Source: a virus (taxonomy: Duplodnaviria; Caudoviricetes). Taken from it: a DNA stretch of 58,920 nucleotides. Below are positions 36,315-46,534 of this stretch, in pieces. The position numbers and the translations under genes were made by a program. The stretch is taken from positions 1-58,920 of the IMG/VR virus record IMGVR_UViG_3300027782_000095; one strand, written 5' to 3'. The notes under the pieces were generated by a model, which did not search any database, was not told where the DNA came from, and was given only the letters and a program-made list of their open reading frames with translations. Positions within the stretch are counted from its first letter, which is position 1. The number at the start of each line of letters is the position of its first letter.

Positions 36315-36492
36315 AAAAGTTTGAAAAGAATTTAGCTACACCAGCAGTAATCATGACTACAATGGCTATAGTTTTATAATCATTAACAAAAGCAAAACTA
36401 GAAAGTAACATAGCAGATCCTAATAAAGAATCTGCTATTTTCCTAATTTTCTTAGGAGTGGGAGCCCAATATGATTTTAGACAGAACTTCAT
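36286..36492 (-). CDS. Putative holin (2 TM)
   Basis: YWAPTPKKIRKIADSLL followed by two TM segments. Confidence 0.55.
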   Translation of the reverse strand: MKFCLKSYWAPTPKKIRKIADSLLGSAMLLSSFAFVNDYKTIAIVVMITAGVAKFFSNFFADDTQGPQ

Positions 36493-36767
36493 TACTTATA
36501 AATTTCTTTGATTTTAGAAATTACATCAGCATCAGTCCACTGACCAATAGCATCATATGCAGCACCTTCCCATAATACAATGTTTCCAGGATACCCTTTA
36601 ACAATAGCAGTAACAGTTTTATCTTTAGAACTATCTATTATAGATTCTATAGTTACAGAACTAATTGTTATGTCTCTAGCAGGAATTTGTTTTACAACTT
36701 TACTTCCACCAAGAGAAACAACCAACGATGTATCAGTAGGTTGTGTTAAAGAAATCTTTTTAGGCAT
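36492..36767 (-). CDS. Tail-associated small protein (possible fibre chaperone)
   Basis: LWEGAAYDAIGQWTD motif; directly downstream of the fibre gene. Confidence 0.4.
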   Translation of the reverse strand: MPKKISLTQPTDTSLVVSLGGSKVVKQIPARDITISSVTIESIIDSSKDKTVTAIVKGYPGNIVLWEGAAYDAIGQWTDADVISKIKEIYK

Positions 36768-36794
36768 ATTATATTTTTTAAATATTATTAATTA

Positions 36795-38732
36795 TTAAGC
36801 ATTTATATAGTAGTTTAAAAACTTACCATTCCAAGCACTATCATACATTAGTAAAACAGGTAGACCATCGCTATCCATTAGTATATCTTTTGAAACATCT
36901 TCCATATAAATATAATTTGCTGATGATAAATCATATGAACCAGTTAAATCTCTAGCTGTTATTTTCTTTATATTTAATCCTGAATTAAATGGACCAGTGG
37001 GACTAAAATTAAATATAGAGTTTGTTAATTTATTATAATCAATTTTACAAGTTCCTAATATATTATATGCTATTGAACTACTCATTTGTAATGTATTAAA
37101 ATTAATAGTACTAGATGATTCTACACCATTTAAACTAATATATGAAGCATCTAAATTATTAAATATCATTTTTCCACCATCTATGATATTATTACTAACA
37201 ATTTGAGATGCATTTGTTAATACGTTATTACTCAATGCATGACCTGATTCATAAATAGTATTACTACTCATTTGGCTATAGGATATACTATTTTCATCTA
37301 TATAACTACCATTATCTAAAGTGTTACTTTGTAAAGGCGAATGATCTAATATGTTATTTCCAATACCACATCCATTACTTAAATAATTATTATTAAAGTC
37401 TGAGTTAGATAATTTATTACCTTCTATTCTACAGGTGCCTCCTCCATTTGCATACGCTGTATTAGTCATTACATTGCTTTTATATAAATTATTATTTATA
37501 AAAGTTGTTTCTAACAATTTATTGACTCTAAAACTACTTCTATCAAAATGATTATTTCTAGTTTGTTGACCAATAATAACATTCTCAGTTAAGCCACTAT
37601 ATTGTATTATATTTTCCTCTAGTGATCCATATGAAAAACTATTACTAATAATACCACTTTTATCAATTTGATTATATTGAAAAGGAGCGTAATAAAATAC
37701 ATTATTGCTTATAAAAGCATTGTCAAGTGTATTGTATTGTACAGCAGTATTAGGTGAAGCAACTTCATTATAAAATAAAGTAGAATTTATTTGACAATAA
37801 TTTGTTAAAGTATTATCATAAATATAACCAGCTCCATTAAAATTTATACATTCAAATTCACTGTCTATAATATGATTTCCAGATAAACCAGTATTTGAAT
37901 TAGTATCATATTCATTTCCCCATTGAAAAGATTTAATAGGATTGTTATAAAAATAATTAATTATATCATCAGCTGTAACACTCACTATATTATTAGCTTT
38001 ATCTTTACGAGATGTTATACGATCTGCATCAAAATCATATGTAATAGGATCTAACACTTCATAATACTCAGTAGAGGTAAATGGTACTTCAGTCCAATGA
38101 GCAGGGTCAAGATTAAAAATATCATTTGGTACTCCTATAGTACCATCAACACTCACCCATTGCTTTCCACCCCATATAACCCAATCATTTATACTATAAG
38201 TTGGAACAACGTTTATTGTAATTGAAAACGACAAACCACTAGGATTAATAGTAACAGTATTTATAAGTCCACTACTCCAATCTCCACTTACATATTGTAT
38301 AAGATTAGATCCCATATAAAGTCCAATATCACCTTGATCACTTATTAAAGTATTTATTATTGTTGCTTCACTAGGTCCTGGTAAGTAATTATATTGCCAA
38401 TTAGTATATTCTACTTCTATTAAATTATTATAAACAGGGTATAAATCATATTTAGGATTGTAAAAAATACCATCTCCTTCTTTAGCTAGAGTGTTAGTGG
38501 TAAGTGCTTTAATAAAAACTACAGTTCCTCCATATAAAGCTACATCTGCGTCTAAAATTTTATAAATAGTTCCAGGTACCAATGTACTAGTATTTCTTAA
38601 ATCAACTAGGGCTTGACGAGTGATTGCAACAATAGGTGTACCACCACCATTACAACATGAATCTATTTTACAGCATAATTGCTTATACTTTTTAGTTAAC
38701 CAGTCTAGTTGTTCAAATATTCCTCTTGCCAT
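36795..38732 (-). CDS. Tail fibre/spike with Asn-rich beta-helix repeats
   Basis: Many 11-residue N-x-(L/I)-x-N-S repeats; Cys-rich N-terminal anchor (KQLCCKIDSCC). Confidence 0.7.
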   Translation of the reverse strand: MARGIFEQLDWLTKKYKQLCCKIDSCCNGGGTPIVAITRQALVDLRNTSTLVPGTIYKILDADVALYGGTVVFIKALTTNTLAKEGDGIFYNPKYDLYPVYNNLIEVEYTNWQYNYLPGPSEATIINTLISDQGDIGLYMGSNLIQYVSGDWSSGLINTVTINPSGLSFSITINVVPTYSINDWVIWGGKQWVSVDGTIGVPNDIFNLDPAHWTEVPFTSTEYYEVLDPITYDFDADRITSRKDKANNIVSVTADDIINYFYNNPIKSFQWGNEYDTNSNTGLSGNHIIDSEFECINFNGAGYIYDNTLTNYCQINSTLFYNEVASPNTAVQYNTLDNAFISNNVFYYAPFQYNQIDKSGIISNSFSYGSLEENIIQYSGLTENVIIGQQTRNNHFDRSSFRVNKLLETTFINNNLYKSNVMTNTAYANGGGTCRIEGNKLSNSDFNNNYLSNGCGIGNNILDHSPLQSNTLDNGSYIDENSISYSQMSSNTIYESGHALSNNVLTNASQIVSNNIIDGGKMIFNNLDASYISLNGVESSSTINFNTLQMSSSIAYNILGTCKIDYNKLTNSIFNFSPTGPFNSGLNIKKITARDLTGSYDLSSANYIYMEDVSKDILMDSDGLPVLLMYDSAWNGKFLNYYINA

Positions 38733-38735
38733 GTA

Positions 38736-39074
38736 TTAAGATTTAGGTATGTATTTATTAATATCGTAGATTTCCTCAGGTTTAAAATATTTATCATGAA
38801 CTATTTTCAAAAAATCATCACTTGATGTTTCAGTCATAGCTGTTATAGGCGTCTTAAATACTTGATGATTAAGCATTTGTACGTCTTTTTTGAGATTTAG
38901 AATCTCTGTTTTATCTACATTAGACTGAGCTAATAATTGCTTAACATCAGTTCTAAGTTCAGATACATCTCTCCATATCATCATAGCTAAAATACTCACT
39001 AAAGAAGGAAAGAGATAAAGTTTTAGGGTGTTAGCCATTGAACTTTTAGGCATAGGTGTTTCACTCATGTCCAA
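38736..39074 (-). CDS. Single-TM coiled-coil protein
   Basis: One TM segment followed by coiled coil. Confidence 0.55.
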   Translation of the reverse strand: MDMSETPMPKSSMANTLKLYLFPSLVSILAMMIWRDVSELRTDVKQLLAQSNVDKTEILNLKKDVQMLNHQVFKTPITAMTETSSDDFLKIVHDKYFKPEEIYDINKYIPKS

Positions 39075-39152
39075 AAAAATTTATAAAAATTTACACAAAA
39101 TATACAGATTAATAGAAAAAAAGAGCCTAATTTTGACATCCTTTTCTATAAT

Positions 39153-39161
39153 ATAATATAC
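39153..39161 (-). promoter_or_regulatory. Putative phage promoter core GTATATTAT (tail/lysis operon)
   Basis: Lies in the divergent intergenic region ahead of the tail/lysis operon. Confidence 0.5.
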
Positions 39162-39191
39162 ACATTTTTTAAGAACAAACCTAAAAAATTT

Positions 39192-39716
39192 ATGACACCA
39201 AAAGAATACAAAAAAAAGATGGAAAAACAACTCATTAAAGACTTTCAAGAAGCTTTTTATGAAAAAATTGGGTATCGTCCTACAGTGGTTACAGAAAGAA
39301 GTATAACAAATGAGGGACTTATTATATTGACTCTCAATGAGTTAGAAGAGTATTTTACACCTTATTTACCAATGATACTTGGTAAAAAACATAATTTAGC
39401 TTCAAAAGATAGAACAAGAGAATTAGTTGAATTAAGATGTATTTTCTTTTTTATAGGAAGATATATGCATTATGGATTAAAATCTATGGGTAATCATCTG
39501 AAAAGAGATCACACTACAGTGATACATAATATAGATGTATTTAAAAACTTATATGAAACAGATCCTAGGTTTGTACAAAAGTATTTACGCATTATTAACC
39601 AAATAAAAAAAGATTATGAGCCACCAACTGTGGATGACGCTAATAAAGCACAAGATCAGTCCCAATCAAATATACTTTCTAGATTGTTGCAGGGAGAAAA
39701 TTCAACCATCAAATGA
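39192..39716 (+). CDS. Protein with DnaA domain-IV-like HTH
   Basis: RTRELVELR...LKSMG..LKRDHTTVIH matches the DnaA C-terminal signature (RDHTTV). Confidence 0.75.
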   Translation: MTPKEYKKKMEKQLIKDFQEAFYEKIGYRPTVVTERSITNEGLIILTLNELEEYFTPYLPMILGKKHNLASKDRTRELVELRCIFFFIGRYMHYGLKSMGNHLKRDHTTVIHNIDVFKNLYETDPRFVQKYLRIINQIKKDYEPPTVDDANKAQDQSQSNILSRLLQGENSTIK

Positions 39717-40203
39717 TCTTATAAATCAAACAGCTGAAAAGAATATATGCGAGATGAAAGGTCTAATTAACGATAAAGGTATACTAACACATAAAGCAAT
39801 GGTTATACTAGATGAATTTGAAACATTGTTAGTTAAAACTAAAAAGATTGTTACGACAACTGTATTAGGTGATGATTTTATAGATAGAATTAATGAATAT
39901 AAAGAATATTTTCCTAAGAAGCTTCCAACAGGCCCAGGTAGACAATCTGTAAGAGAACTTAAACAAAAGTTTGTATGGTTCTTTAAAAACTATCCTGAAT
40001 ATGATTGGGAAGATATTCTTGAAGCAGCAAACTATTATTGTTATGAACGTAGTCAATTAAATAATGAATTTATGACCAATAGTTCAAACTTTATTAAGAA
40101 AGATACAATGAGTAAGGAAAGCATCTCTAAACTAGCTGACTATTGTCAAATGGTAAAAGATGAAATTGAAGAATTAAAAAAGAAAAGAAATGAAAACATT
40201 TGA
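39616..40203 (+). CDS. Putative replication initiator/helicase-loader-like protein
   Basis: 195 aa, upstream of DnaB; assignment positional. Confidence 0.4.
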   Translation: MSHQLWMTLIKHKISPNQIYFLDCCREKIQPSNDLINQTAEKNICEMKGLINDKGILTHKAMVILDEFETLLVKTKKIVTTTVLGDDFIDRINEYKEYFPKKLPTGPGRQSVRELKQKFVWFFKNYPEYDWEDILEAANYYCYERSQLNNEFMTNSSNFIKKDTMSKESISKLADYCQMVKDEIEELKKKRNENI

Positions 40204-40375
40204 AAAAGTAATACACCACTCTTTAGTGGCATTAATATTTAGTATAATTAACTGGCTCATCATAGATAGTTTCATAATAAAAATATCATTTATTATGTAT
40301 TTTATTTTAGAAATTATTTTGGCAATTTCATTAAAAATATGTAAATTTACTATTCAAAAATTAAACTTGAATTGA
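40190..40375 (+). CDS. Small membrane protein
   Basis: Two hydrophobic segments. Confidence 0.45.
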   Translation: MKTFEKVIHHSLVALIFSIINWLIIDSFIIKISFIMYFILEIILAISLKICKFTIQKLNLN

Positions 40376-41412
40376 TGAGCGAATCCACTGAAAACCCTTA
40401 TGGGTTTAAGTATCATTGGGAAGTGATACAGAAAAGTATAAAAAACATAGATGATAGAAGAAAAGGACGAATCAAATCATTTGTCACTCCTTGGAACACT
40501 ATCAATAATGCAACTGCAGGAGGTATAGAATGGGGATCTTTAGTTACAATTGGTGCAAGACCTGGTGCAGGTAAAACAATGTTTGTAAGTAATCTTCTTA
40601 GAGATTGTAAAGCTCTTAATCCAACACAAGATTTTAACATTCTAGAGTTTCAATTTGAAATGACTAATGAACAATATGGTCAGAGAGAAATTGTTGCTGC
40701 TACAGGATTGGATTATAATAAAGTGTTATCTACTCAAGATCAATTAGATGATTTTAACTTTCAAAGAATACAAAGATATGGTGAAGATTGTAAAAGACTT
40801 CATGATTTAGGTGTATTTCGTGGTCAGATAAATAAATCTATCACTGCTAGTGATTTAGAAAAAGCTGTACATCTTTGGTATAATAAGTTAGGTGGTAAAC
40901 CACTTATTGTCACAGTTGATCATAGCTGGTTAATTAAAAAAGATAGCACAGAAAGAGAAAAATTACAAACTCTTTATAACACTGCAGATGCTTTAATACA
41001 GCTTAAACAAGACCTTCCTATCATTATTATTATGCTTACACAGCTTAATAGAAATATAGAAGATCCTTTAAGAAAGACTCCAGGTTCCATCCAAAACTAT
41101 CCAACTAGTAGTGATATATTTGGTGGTGATGCTCTTATGCAGGGATCTGATATTGTTATGGCTCTATCAAGACCATTTACATTTGACATTCCTGCATATG
41201 GTCCTAAAAGTTATGTAGTTACAGATGATGGAATCTTTGTTCATATGCTTAAAGTTAGAAATGGTTCTAATAATAATAAAATCATATTTATGAAAGGTTT
41301 ATTTGCAGAACAAAAAATAGTGGAAACAATATCTCCAGGATTTAACATTCAGCCAGGATATACTCCTAGAAACAATAGGAGACCTTCAGCTGATATAGGT
41401 AATGAACTTTAA
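40372..41412 (+). CDS. dnaB: DnaB-like replicative helicase
   Basis: GARPGAGKT, FEM, VDH, LTQLNR and KVRNG motifs. Confidence 0.9.
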   Translation: MMSESTENPYGFKYHWEVIQKSIKNIDDRRKGRIKSFVTPWNTINNATAGGIEWGSLVTIGARPGAGKTMFVSNLLRDCKALNPTQDFNILEFQFEMTNEQYGQREIVAATGLDYNKVLSTQDQLDDFNFQRIQRYGEDCKRLHDLGVFRGQINKSITASDLEKAVHLWYNKLGGKPLIVTVDHSWLIKKDSTEREKLQTLYNTADALIQLKQDLPIIIIMLTQLNRNIEDPLRKTPGSIQNYPTSSDIFGGDALMQGSDIVMALSRPFTFDIPAYGPKSYVVTDDGIFVHMLKVRNGSNNNKIIFMKGLFAEQKIVETISPGFNIQPGYTPRNNRRPSADIGNEL

Positions 41413-41422
41413 AAATTATAAT

Positions 41423-42022
41423 ATGGCAAACGTAATGGATACAATGACAGAAAATGAAAAAACTGTTTATAGACAAATTAAACTTAAAGAAATGCATGAT
41501 TTCAATAAAGACTTCATGGATGACTTAGGTCTTATAAAAAAAGACTTTAACATGAAATTTCCTTTTATGAGGGATGGTGTTATGGTAGTAGGGTTATTTG
41601 ATAATGAATTTAGAAGACCAAAAGGTTTTTATTTTGAGTTAATTGATAGTGATCTTGAACCTATTGATTCAACTAGACCAATTTATAGAGTTCCTTACAA
41701 TGAATTTTATGCTGATGAATTTGAAATGGATGAAAGAAGTAAATTCTTAGTTCCTGTAGATCAGCTAAAGAAAATAAATAGACAAGCAGCAGCAATTCAA
41801 AAAGAGTTAGTTATTGTAGAAAGTGATAGAGACATCAAAGAAAACAAATATATTCCACCTAAACCACCATTACCTTTTAGTGCTGCTCCTCAAGAACCAG
41901 TAGTGCCAAAGTTAGAAGATGCTCCTTATAGTGAAATGACTATAAGAGATTATATAGCTATTCATACAGGCAGACCTATCAGTAATAAAGCATGGTTAAA
42001 TGAAATCGTAAAAACAAAATAA
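41423..42022 (+). CDS. Hypothetical protein
   Basis: Probable start MANV; C-terminal MTIRDYIA motif. Confidence 0.6.
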   Translation: MANVMDTMTENEKTVYRQIKLKEMHDFNKDFMDDLGLIKKDFNMKFPFMRDGVMVVGLFDNEFRRPKGFYFELIDSDLEPIDSTRPIYRVPYNEFYADEFEMDERSKFLVPVDQLKKINRQAAAIQKELVIVESDRDIKENKYIPPKPPLPFSAAPQEPVVPKLEDAPYSEMTIRDYIAIHTGRPISNKAWLNEIVKTK

Positions 42023-42026
42023 ATAT

Positions 42027-42710
42027 ATGGGACAAGGTATTTTAATTATTGCAGAATCAGGATCTGGAAAGTCAACTAGTATTGAGACGTTAGATCCAAA
42101 AGAAACATTTATCATCAATGTGGCTAATAAGCCCCTACCATTCAAAGGATGGAAAAACAAATATACTATTTGGAGTAAAGAAAATCCAAGTGGGAACATG
42201 TATGATAAAGCAAGTGTTGCAAACATTGAAGCATGTATCAAGTATGTTAATGAGAAAAGACCTGAAATTAAAAACATTATTGTTGATGATTTTCAGTATA
42301 TGAGCTCATTTGAATTCTTTGATAGAGCAGATGAAAAAGGTTATGAGAAATTCACTCAGATTGGTGCAGGTATTGCTAGAATATCTAGAATGCCTAAAGA
42401 CTTGAGAGAAGATCTTACAGTGTTTTTTCTCACTCATGCAGAAGAAGGCACTGATATGGAAGGTAAAAAGAAATATAAAGCCAAGACTATTGGTAAAATG
42501 GTAGATGAAAAACTTACTTTAGAAGGTTTATTCTCTATTGTATTGTTTGGCAAAGTGAAAAAGAATAAAGAAGGAGAAATTCGTTATGTTTTTGAAACTT
42601 CTAACAATGGTGAAAATACATGTAAGAGTCCAAGAGGTATGTTTAGTTCTTTTGAGATTCCAAATGATTTAGCAATTGTAAAAAACGCAATCGTTGATTT
42701 TGAAAATTAG
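42027..42710 (+). CDS. Sak4-like (AAA_24) P-loop ATPase
   Basis: AESGSGKST, IVDDFQY, FLTH and CKSPRGMF motifs. Confidence 0.8.
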   Translation: MGQGILIIAESGSGKSTSIETLDPKETFIINVANKPLPFKGWKNKYTIWSKENPSGNMYDKASVANIEACIKYVNEKRPEIKNIIVDDFQYMSSFEFFDRADEKGYEKFTQIGAGIARISRMPKDLREDLTVFFLTHAEEGTDMEGKKKYKAKTIGKMVDEKLTLEGLFSIVLFGKVKKNKEGEIRYVFETSNNGENTCKSPRGMFSSFEIPNDLAIVKNAIVDFEN

Positions 42711-42718
42711 TATATTTG
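42711..42718 (+). promoter_or_regulatory. Bacteroidota -7 element TATATTTG
   Basis: Matches TAnnTTTG upstream of the SSB gene. Confidence 0.45.
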
Positions 42719-42740
42719 TTAACAATTAAATTAAAAAAAC

Positions 42741-43361
42741 ATGTTCAGTACAAAAGGACAAGAAGTAAAAGCAGGAGGAGCTTCAAAATCTCTCCAACCA
42801 GGTGTGGTTAAAGCACATATCATTAGTGGTCAAATTAAAACTTCTAACAAAGGTGATAAAAAAGCTTTAGAGCTTACTTTAGAAGGTCCAGCTCTTGATG
42901 GATTCGAAGGATGGCCTATGGATAAAGATAATCCAGAAGGACCAAAGTATAAAGGCCAAACAGCTAGAGTGATGGCAACTATTTGGAATGATCAGTTCAA
43001 TACTAATGATGTTAATAAAAATGACATCTTAAACAAATTATTTGTTATTGGTAAAGAATTAGGATTGAGAAATAGTTTAGACAACATTTCTACAGTGCAT
43101 GAAATCAAATCTATTGAAGATTGGGCTAACCATGCTATTGATCTTATAAAAGGAAACGATATGTTTTTCTTTTTAAAAGGTTCAGAAGAAGAGTATAATG
43201 GTAAAACCATTGTAAAACTTTCTTTTCCCAAATATAAATTCTGTAATGCAGTGGAAAGCAAATTAGATGTATTTGATAAAAACAATCAATATCATTATAA
43301 AGCTTTACAAAACAAATCTGTTTCTGGATTTGAAGCTGCATCAAATGATTTTAATTTGTAA
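42741..43361 (+). CDS. Putative single-stranded DNA-binding protein
   Basis: LQPGV..A.I N-terminus, acidic/aromatic tail (NDFNL), position after the Sak4-like gene. Confidence 0.55.
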   Translation: MFSTKGQEVKAGGASKSLQPGVVKAHIISGQIKTSNKGDKKALELTLEGPALDGFEGWPMDKDNPEGPKYKGQTARVMATIWNDQFNTNDVNKNDILNKLFVIGKELGLRNSLDNISTVHEIKSIEDWANHAIDLIKGNDMFFFLKGSEEEYNGKTIVKLSFPKYKFCNAVESKLDVFDKNNQYHYKALQNKSVSGFEAASNDFNL

Positions 43362-43395
43362 TTGATTATTAGTTCTAGGTGAATGCATAAATTTT

Positions 43396-43426
43396 GAGGG
43401 GTGTTTTATACATCCCTCTTATTTTT
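43396..43426 (+). terminator. Intrinsic terminator
   Basis: GAGGGGTGT/ACATCCCTC stem plus T-tract. Confidence 0.6.
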
Positions 43427-43443
43427 GCACTAAATTTGACATT

Positions 43444-44415
43444 ATGTTTAAAACAAAGAATTTAGTACACGATGTGCATGATGTTCCTACACAATGGATA
43501 TTTCAACATTTTTGCTCTATAAAAGAAAAACTAACAGGCCAAGATGTAAAGATTAAATCTTTATTTAACCCTAATGAACGCACACCTAGTATGTGTATTT
43601 ATAGTGATAAAGATAATAATTACAGATACAAAGATTTCTCTACAGGAAAAGGTGGCAGTGCTATAGATCTAGTAAAAGATCTTAAACAAGTTCCTTTTCA
43701 TAAAGCTTGTCAGTTAATAGTTGAAAATTACAATGATTTTGTTCTTCATAATAATGGAGGATATGATTTTGAAGAGTTTCAACGAGCAGCTAAATATAAA
43801 GTGACTAGTCACAAGCTAAGAAGCTGGTCTACCCAGGATCAATATTTTTGGACACAGTTTAATATTGGATCTAAACTACTTGAGGCTCACAATGTGAAAC
43901 CCCTGGAAAGTTATTGTATGACTAAGGATGATAAGAACCTTTGTATAAAAGGACTATATCTCTATGGTTATTTCAAAGAAGATGGTACTTTATACAAAAT
44001 ATACCAACCCAAGACTCTTGATAAGAAATTTATTAAAGTGACCAACTGCATTCAGGGATGGGAACAACTTGGTAATCATACTAATCTAGTTATTACATCT
44101 AGTATTAAAGATGTAATGTCTATTAAGTCTCTTAAGCTTGAAATAGATGTAATAGCTCCTGATAGTGAAAACACTATGCTCAAACAAGACATAATGGAAG
44201 AACTGCAAAGCAAGTATAAAAAAATTGTGGTATTATTTGATTATGATGATGCAGGTATAAAAGCCATGCAAACTTATAAAGAAAAGTATCCATTTATAGA
44301 AACTACAGTCTTACCTATGAGTAAGGATGTATCTGATTCAATTAAAGATTTTGGAGCTAAAGAAGTTCGTAACAGATTAGTTCCTATCTTAGATAAAAAA
44401 TTAAGCAATGGCTAA
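43444..44415 (+). CDS. DNA primase (Toprim)
   Basis: ERTPS..YKDFSTG N-terminal domain; ITSSIKD, FDYDDAG and KDVSD Toprim motifs. Confidence 0.85.
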   Translation: MFKTKNLVHDVHDVPTQWIFQHFCSIKEKLTGQDVKIKSLFNPNERTPSMCIYSDKDNNYRYKDFSTGKGGSAIDLVKDLKQVPFHKACQLIVENYNDFVLHNNGGYDFEEFQRAAKYKVTSHKLRSWSTQDQYFWTQFNIGSKLLEAHNVKPLESYCMTKDDKNLCIKGLYLYGYFKEDGTLYKIYQPKTLDKKFIKVTNCIQGWEQLGNHTNLVITSSIKDVMSIKSLKLEIDVIAPDSENTMLKQDIMEELQSKYKKIVVLFDYDDAGIKAMQTYKEKYPFIETTVLPMSKDVSDSIKDFGAKEVRNRLVPILDKKLSNG

Positions 44416-44791
44416 AAATAAACGAGTACTAACCCCAAAGACTAGAAATGCAGGCACTTTAACAGAGTCTGCGTTTTGGTCTTTTATACGTAGTGCTTTA
44501 AGACAGAAATCAAGATTTTGGAAACCTATTACACAATGTAAAATGAAAGCTCGTAGGACTTACAAGGGTCCTCTTAAGAGACAGAAATTTGAGTATCAGT
44601 GTAAAGAGTGTTTAAATTGGTTTCCTGACAAGAAAATCAATGTTGACCACATTGTACCAGCTGGTACTTTAAGGTGTGCTAATGACCTCCCAGGCTTTGT
44701 AGAGAGGTTATTCTGTGAAGTAGACAATCTGCAGGTGCTCTGTGAGACCTGCCACAATAAAAAAACACAAGATGAAAAGTCCAAAAGATAA
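44408..44791 (+). CDS. HNH endonuclease
   Basis: CKEC...VDHIVP...NLQVLCETCHNKKT. Confidence 0.85.
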   Translation: MAKNKRVLTPKTRNAGTLTESAFWSFIRSALRQKSRFWKPITQCKMKARRTYKGPLKRQKFEYQCKECLNWFPDKKINVDHIVPAGTLRCANDLPGFVERLFCEVDNLQVLCETCHNKKTQDEKSKR

Positions 44792-44963
44792 ACAAGATCT
44801 TATAGAAATCGTAATGGATCAAATTAAAGTAGATGTACGTTGTGGTGAATTAGAAGCTTTAGAAGAACTACTAGGATTTATGCCTAATGTAAATTTAATA
44901 GAATATCTACCAGAAGAAGACTGGAAACAATTTAAACATTTAAGAGACAATGGAACAATATAA
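44772..44963 (+). CDS. Hypothetical protein
   Basis: Probable start MKSPK. Confidence 0.55.
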   Translation: MKSPKDKQDLIEIVMDQIKVDVRCGELEALEELLGFMPNVNLIEYLPEEDWKQFKHLRDNGTI

Positions 44964-45165
44964 AATAAAAGCTAATGAAGATTTTTTTGAATTTATAAAT
45001 GGTATGTTAAAAACAGGTGGAACATACATATTTCCTGCAGCTGATCAAGTGTATATAAAAACAGAAGATAAATTTGAAGCATCTCAAGAAGCATTAGATG
45101 CAGTTAATCCTTTAGTAAGCAAGGAATTTTTTGATAAATATTTTAAATTACAACACAATGCCTGA
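44950..45165 (+). CDS. Hypothetical protein
   Basis: 71 aa, overlapping neighbours. Confidence 0.55.
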   Translation: MEQYKIKANEDFFEFINGMLKTGGTYIFPAADQVYIKTEDKFEASQEALDAVNPLVSKEFFDKYFKLQHNA

Positions 45166-45346
45166 ATTACATGAAACCCTAATGGGTAGAAAACTTATAG
45201 AAGGTACGTTACCTGATATTGCTAAGCAATTAGAGCGTATAGCAGACATCCTGGACCAGGATAAGATTAGAGAGCTTATTAATCTCTATCCTAATGATCA
45301 AGAATTAGGCAGACATGTAAGAGAATATTACATCAGATTTAAATAA
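45158..45346 (+). CDS. Hypothetical protein
   Basis: Probable start MPELH; PNDQELG..VR motif. Confidence 0.55.
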   Translation: MPELHETLMGRKLIEGTLPDIAKQLERIADILDQDKIRELINLYPNDQELGRHVREYYIRFK

Positions 45347-45351
45347 ATATT

Positions 45352-45504
45352 ATGGCAGAAATAACAAAATCAAATGAGATTTTAGATCCCATCAATGTAC
45401 AACAGCTTATAGATTTCCTTGAATATGAGGAGGCATTGACAAAAGATAAGGATACAGCATCTAGAATTAGAACACTTTTAACACAATTAGGATTATGGAA
45501 TTAG
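45352..45504 (+). CDS. Small hypothetical protein (50 aa)
   Basis: Manual translation MAEITKSNEILDPINVQQLIDFLEYEE...LGLWN. Confidence 0.5.
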   Translation: MAEITKSNEILDPINVQQLIDFLEYEEALTKDKDTASRIRTLLTQLGLWN

Positions 45505-46523
45505 AAGATTTAATGCAAGAATCTATAGAAATAATGGAAAAAGACTTTTATGCTAAACCATTTCACTTTTCTTACAGTAGTTTAAACAAGCTCATGTGGA
45601 ACCCACAGGCTTTCTATCAAATGTATGTCCTTGGTAACAGGGAAGAAAAGACAGAAAGTTATTTAGTGAATGGTAAGATAGTTCATGCTCTTCTACTAGA
45701 AGCAGATAAATTTAACGACCAGTTTATTATTAGCCCTGCTAATCTACCCACTGGAAGTACAAGAACTGTTATAGATAGAGTGTTTGCCCATGCTCAGGAG
45801 CTACAAGCTAATGGAGATCAAAGAACAGAGTTTACAGAGTTTAGCGATGCTGTATTAGATGTCCTTAAAGATATCAATCTACACCAGAGTTTAAAGACAG
45901 ACCAACAGAGAATAGACAAGATGTATACACCTGAAGCTATAAACTATTGGGACTTTCTTAAAACTAAAGGTAATAAGACGCTTATAGATCAAGAAACCTA
46001 TGATTTCTGTAAAACAGGCGTAGATCTTATCAAGATGAATAAACAAGTTTGTGATCTTATAGGATGTAATCTCACTGAGTTTAGCAACAAAGAGGTGTTT
46101 AATGAGATTCCTGTAAATATAGACATGAATGGTAAACCATTTGGTCTAAAAGGTATCATTGATAACATTGTTGTTGATCATGATGCTAAGATTATTTATG
46201 TAAATGACATTAAAACTACTAGTAAAGATCTAAAAGATTTTAATGAATCTATAGAATTTTATAATTATTGGATGCAAGCTGCAATTTATTCTACGATAAT
46301 TGCAATAAAATTCATAAATTTAATTGATAGGGGATACCAATTTAAGTTTCACTTTGTAGTGATAGATAAAGCTTATCAAGTGTACCCTTTCCCAGTGAGC
46401 GAAAACACTCTGAATAACTGGTTTACCAGATTGACAGATGCTTTAGAAAAAGCCCATTGGCATTATATAAACAAGAGTTATGATCTACCTTATGATTTTG
46501 CTGTAGGAAAAGTAACTCTATAA
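45495..46523 (+). CDS. PD-(D/E)XK exonuclease (RecE/ExoVIII-like)
   Basis: FSYSSL, GKIVHALLLE, KGIIDN...NDIKTT and YWMQAAIY motifs. Confidence 0.8.
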   Translation: MELEDLMQESIEIMEKDFYAKPFHFSYSSLNKLMWNPQAFYQMYVLGNREEKTESYLVNGKIVHALLLEADKFNDQFIISPANLPTGSTRTVIDRVFAHAQELQANGDQRTEFTEFSDAVLDVLKDINLHQSLKTDQQRIDKMYTPEAINYWDFLKTKGNKTLIDQETYDFCKTGVDLIKMNKQVCDLIGCNLTEFSNKEVFNEIPVNIDMNGKPFGLKGIIDNIVVDHDAKIIYVNDIKTTSKDLKDFNESIEFYNYWMQAAIYSTIIAIKFINLIDRGYQFKFHFVVIDKAYQVYPFPVSENTLNNWFTRLTDALEKAHWHYINKSYDLPYDFAVGKVTL

Positions 46524-46534
46524 ACTAGAGAAAC

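Noticed and set aside
36900-37900. CRISPR or DNA tandem array
   Set aside because: The periodicity is at protein level (beta-helix repeats); I saw no identical DNA repeats with spacers anywhere in the window.
33019-38732. Diversity-generating retroelement targeting tail genes
   Set aside because: No reverse transcriptase and no adenine-variant TR/VR repeat pair seen in the window.
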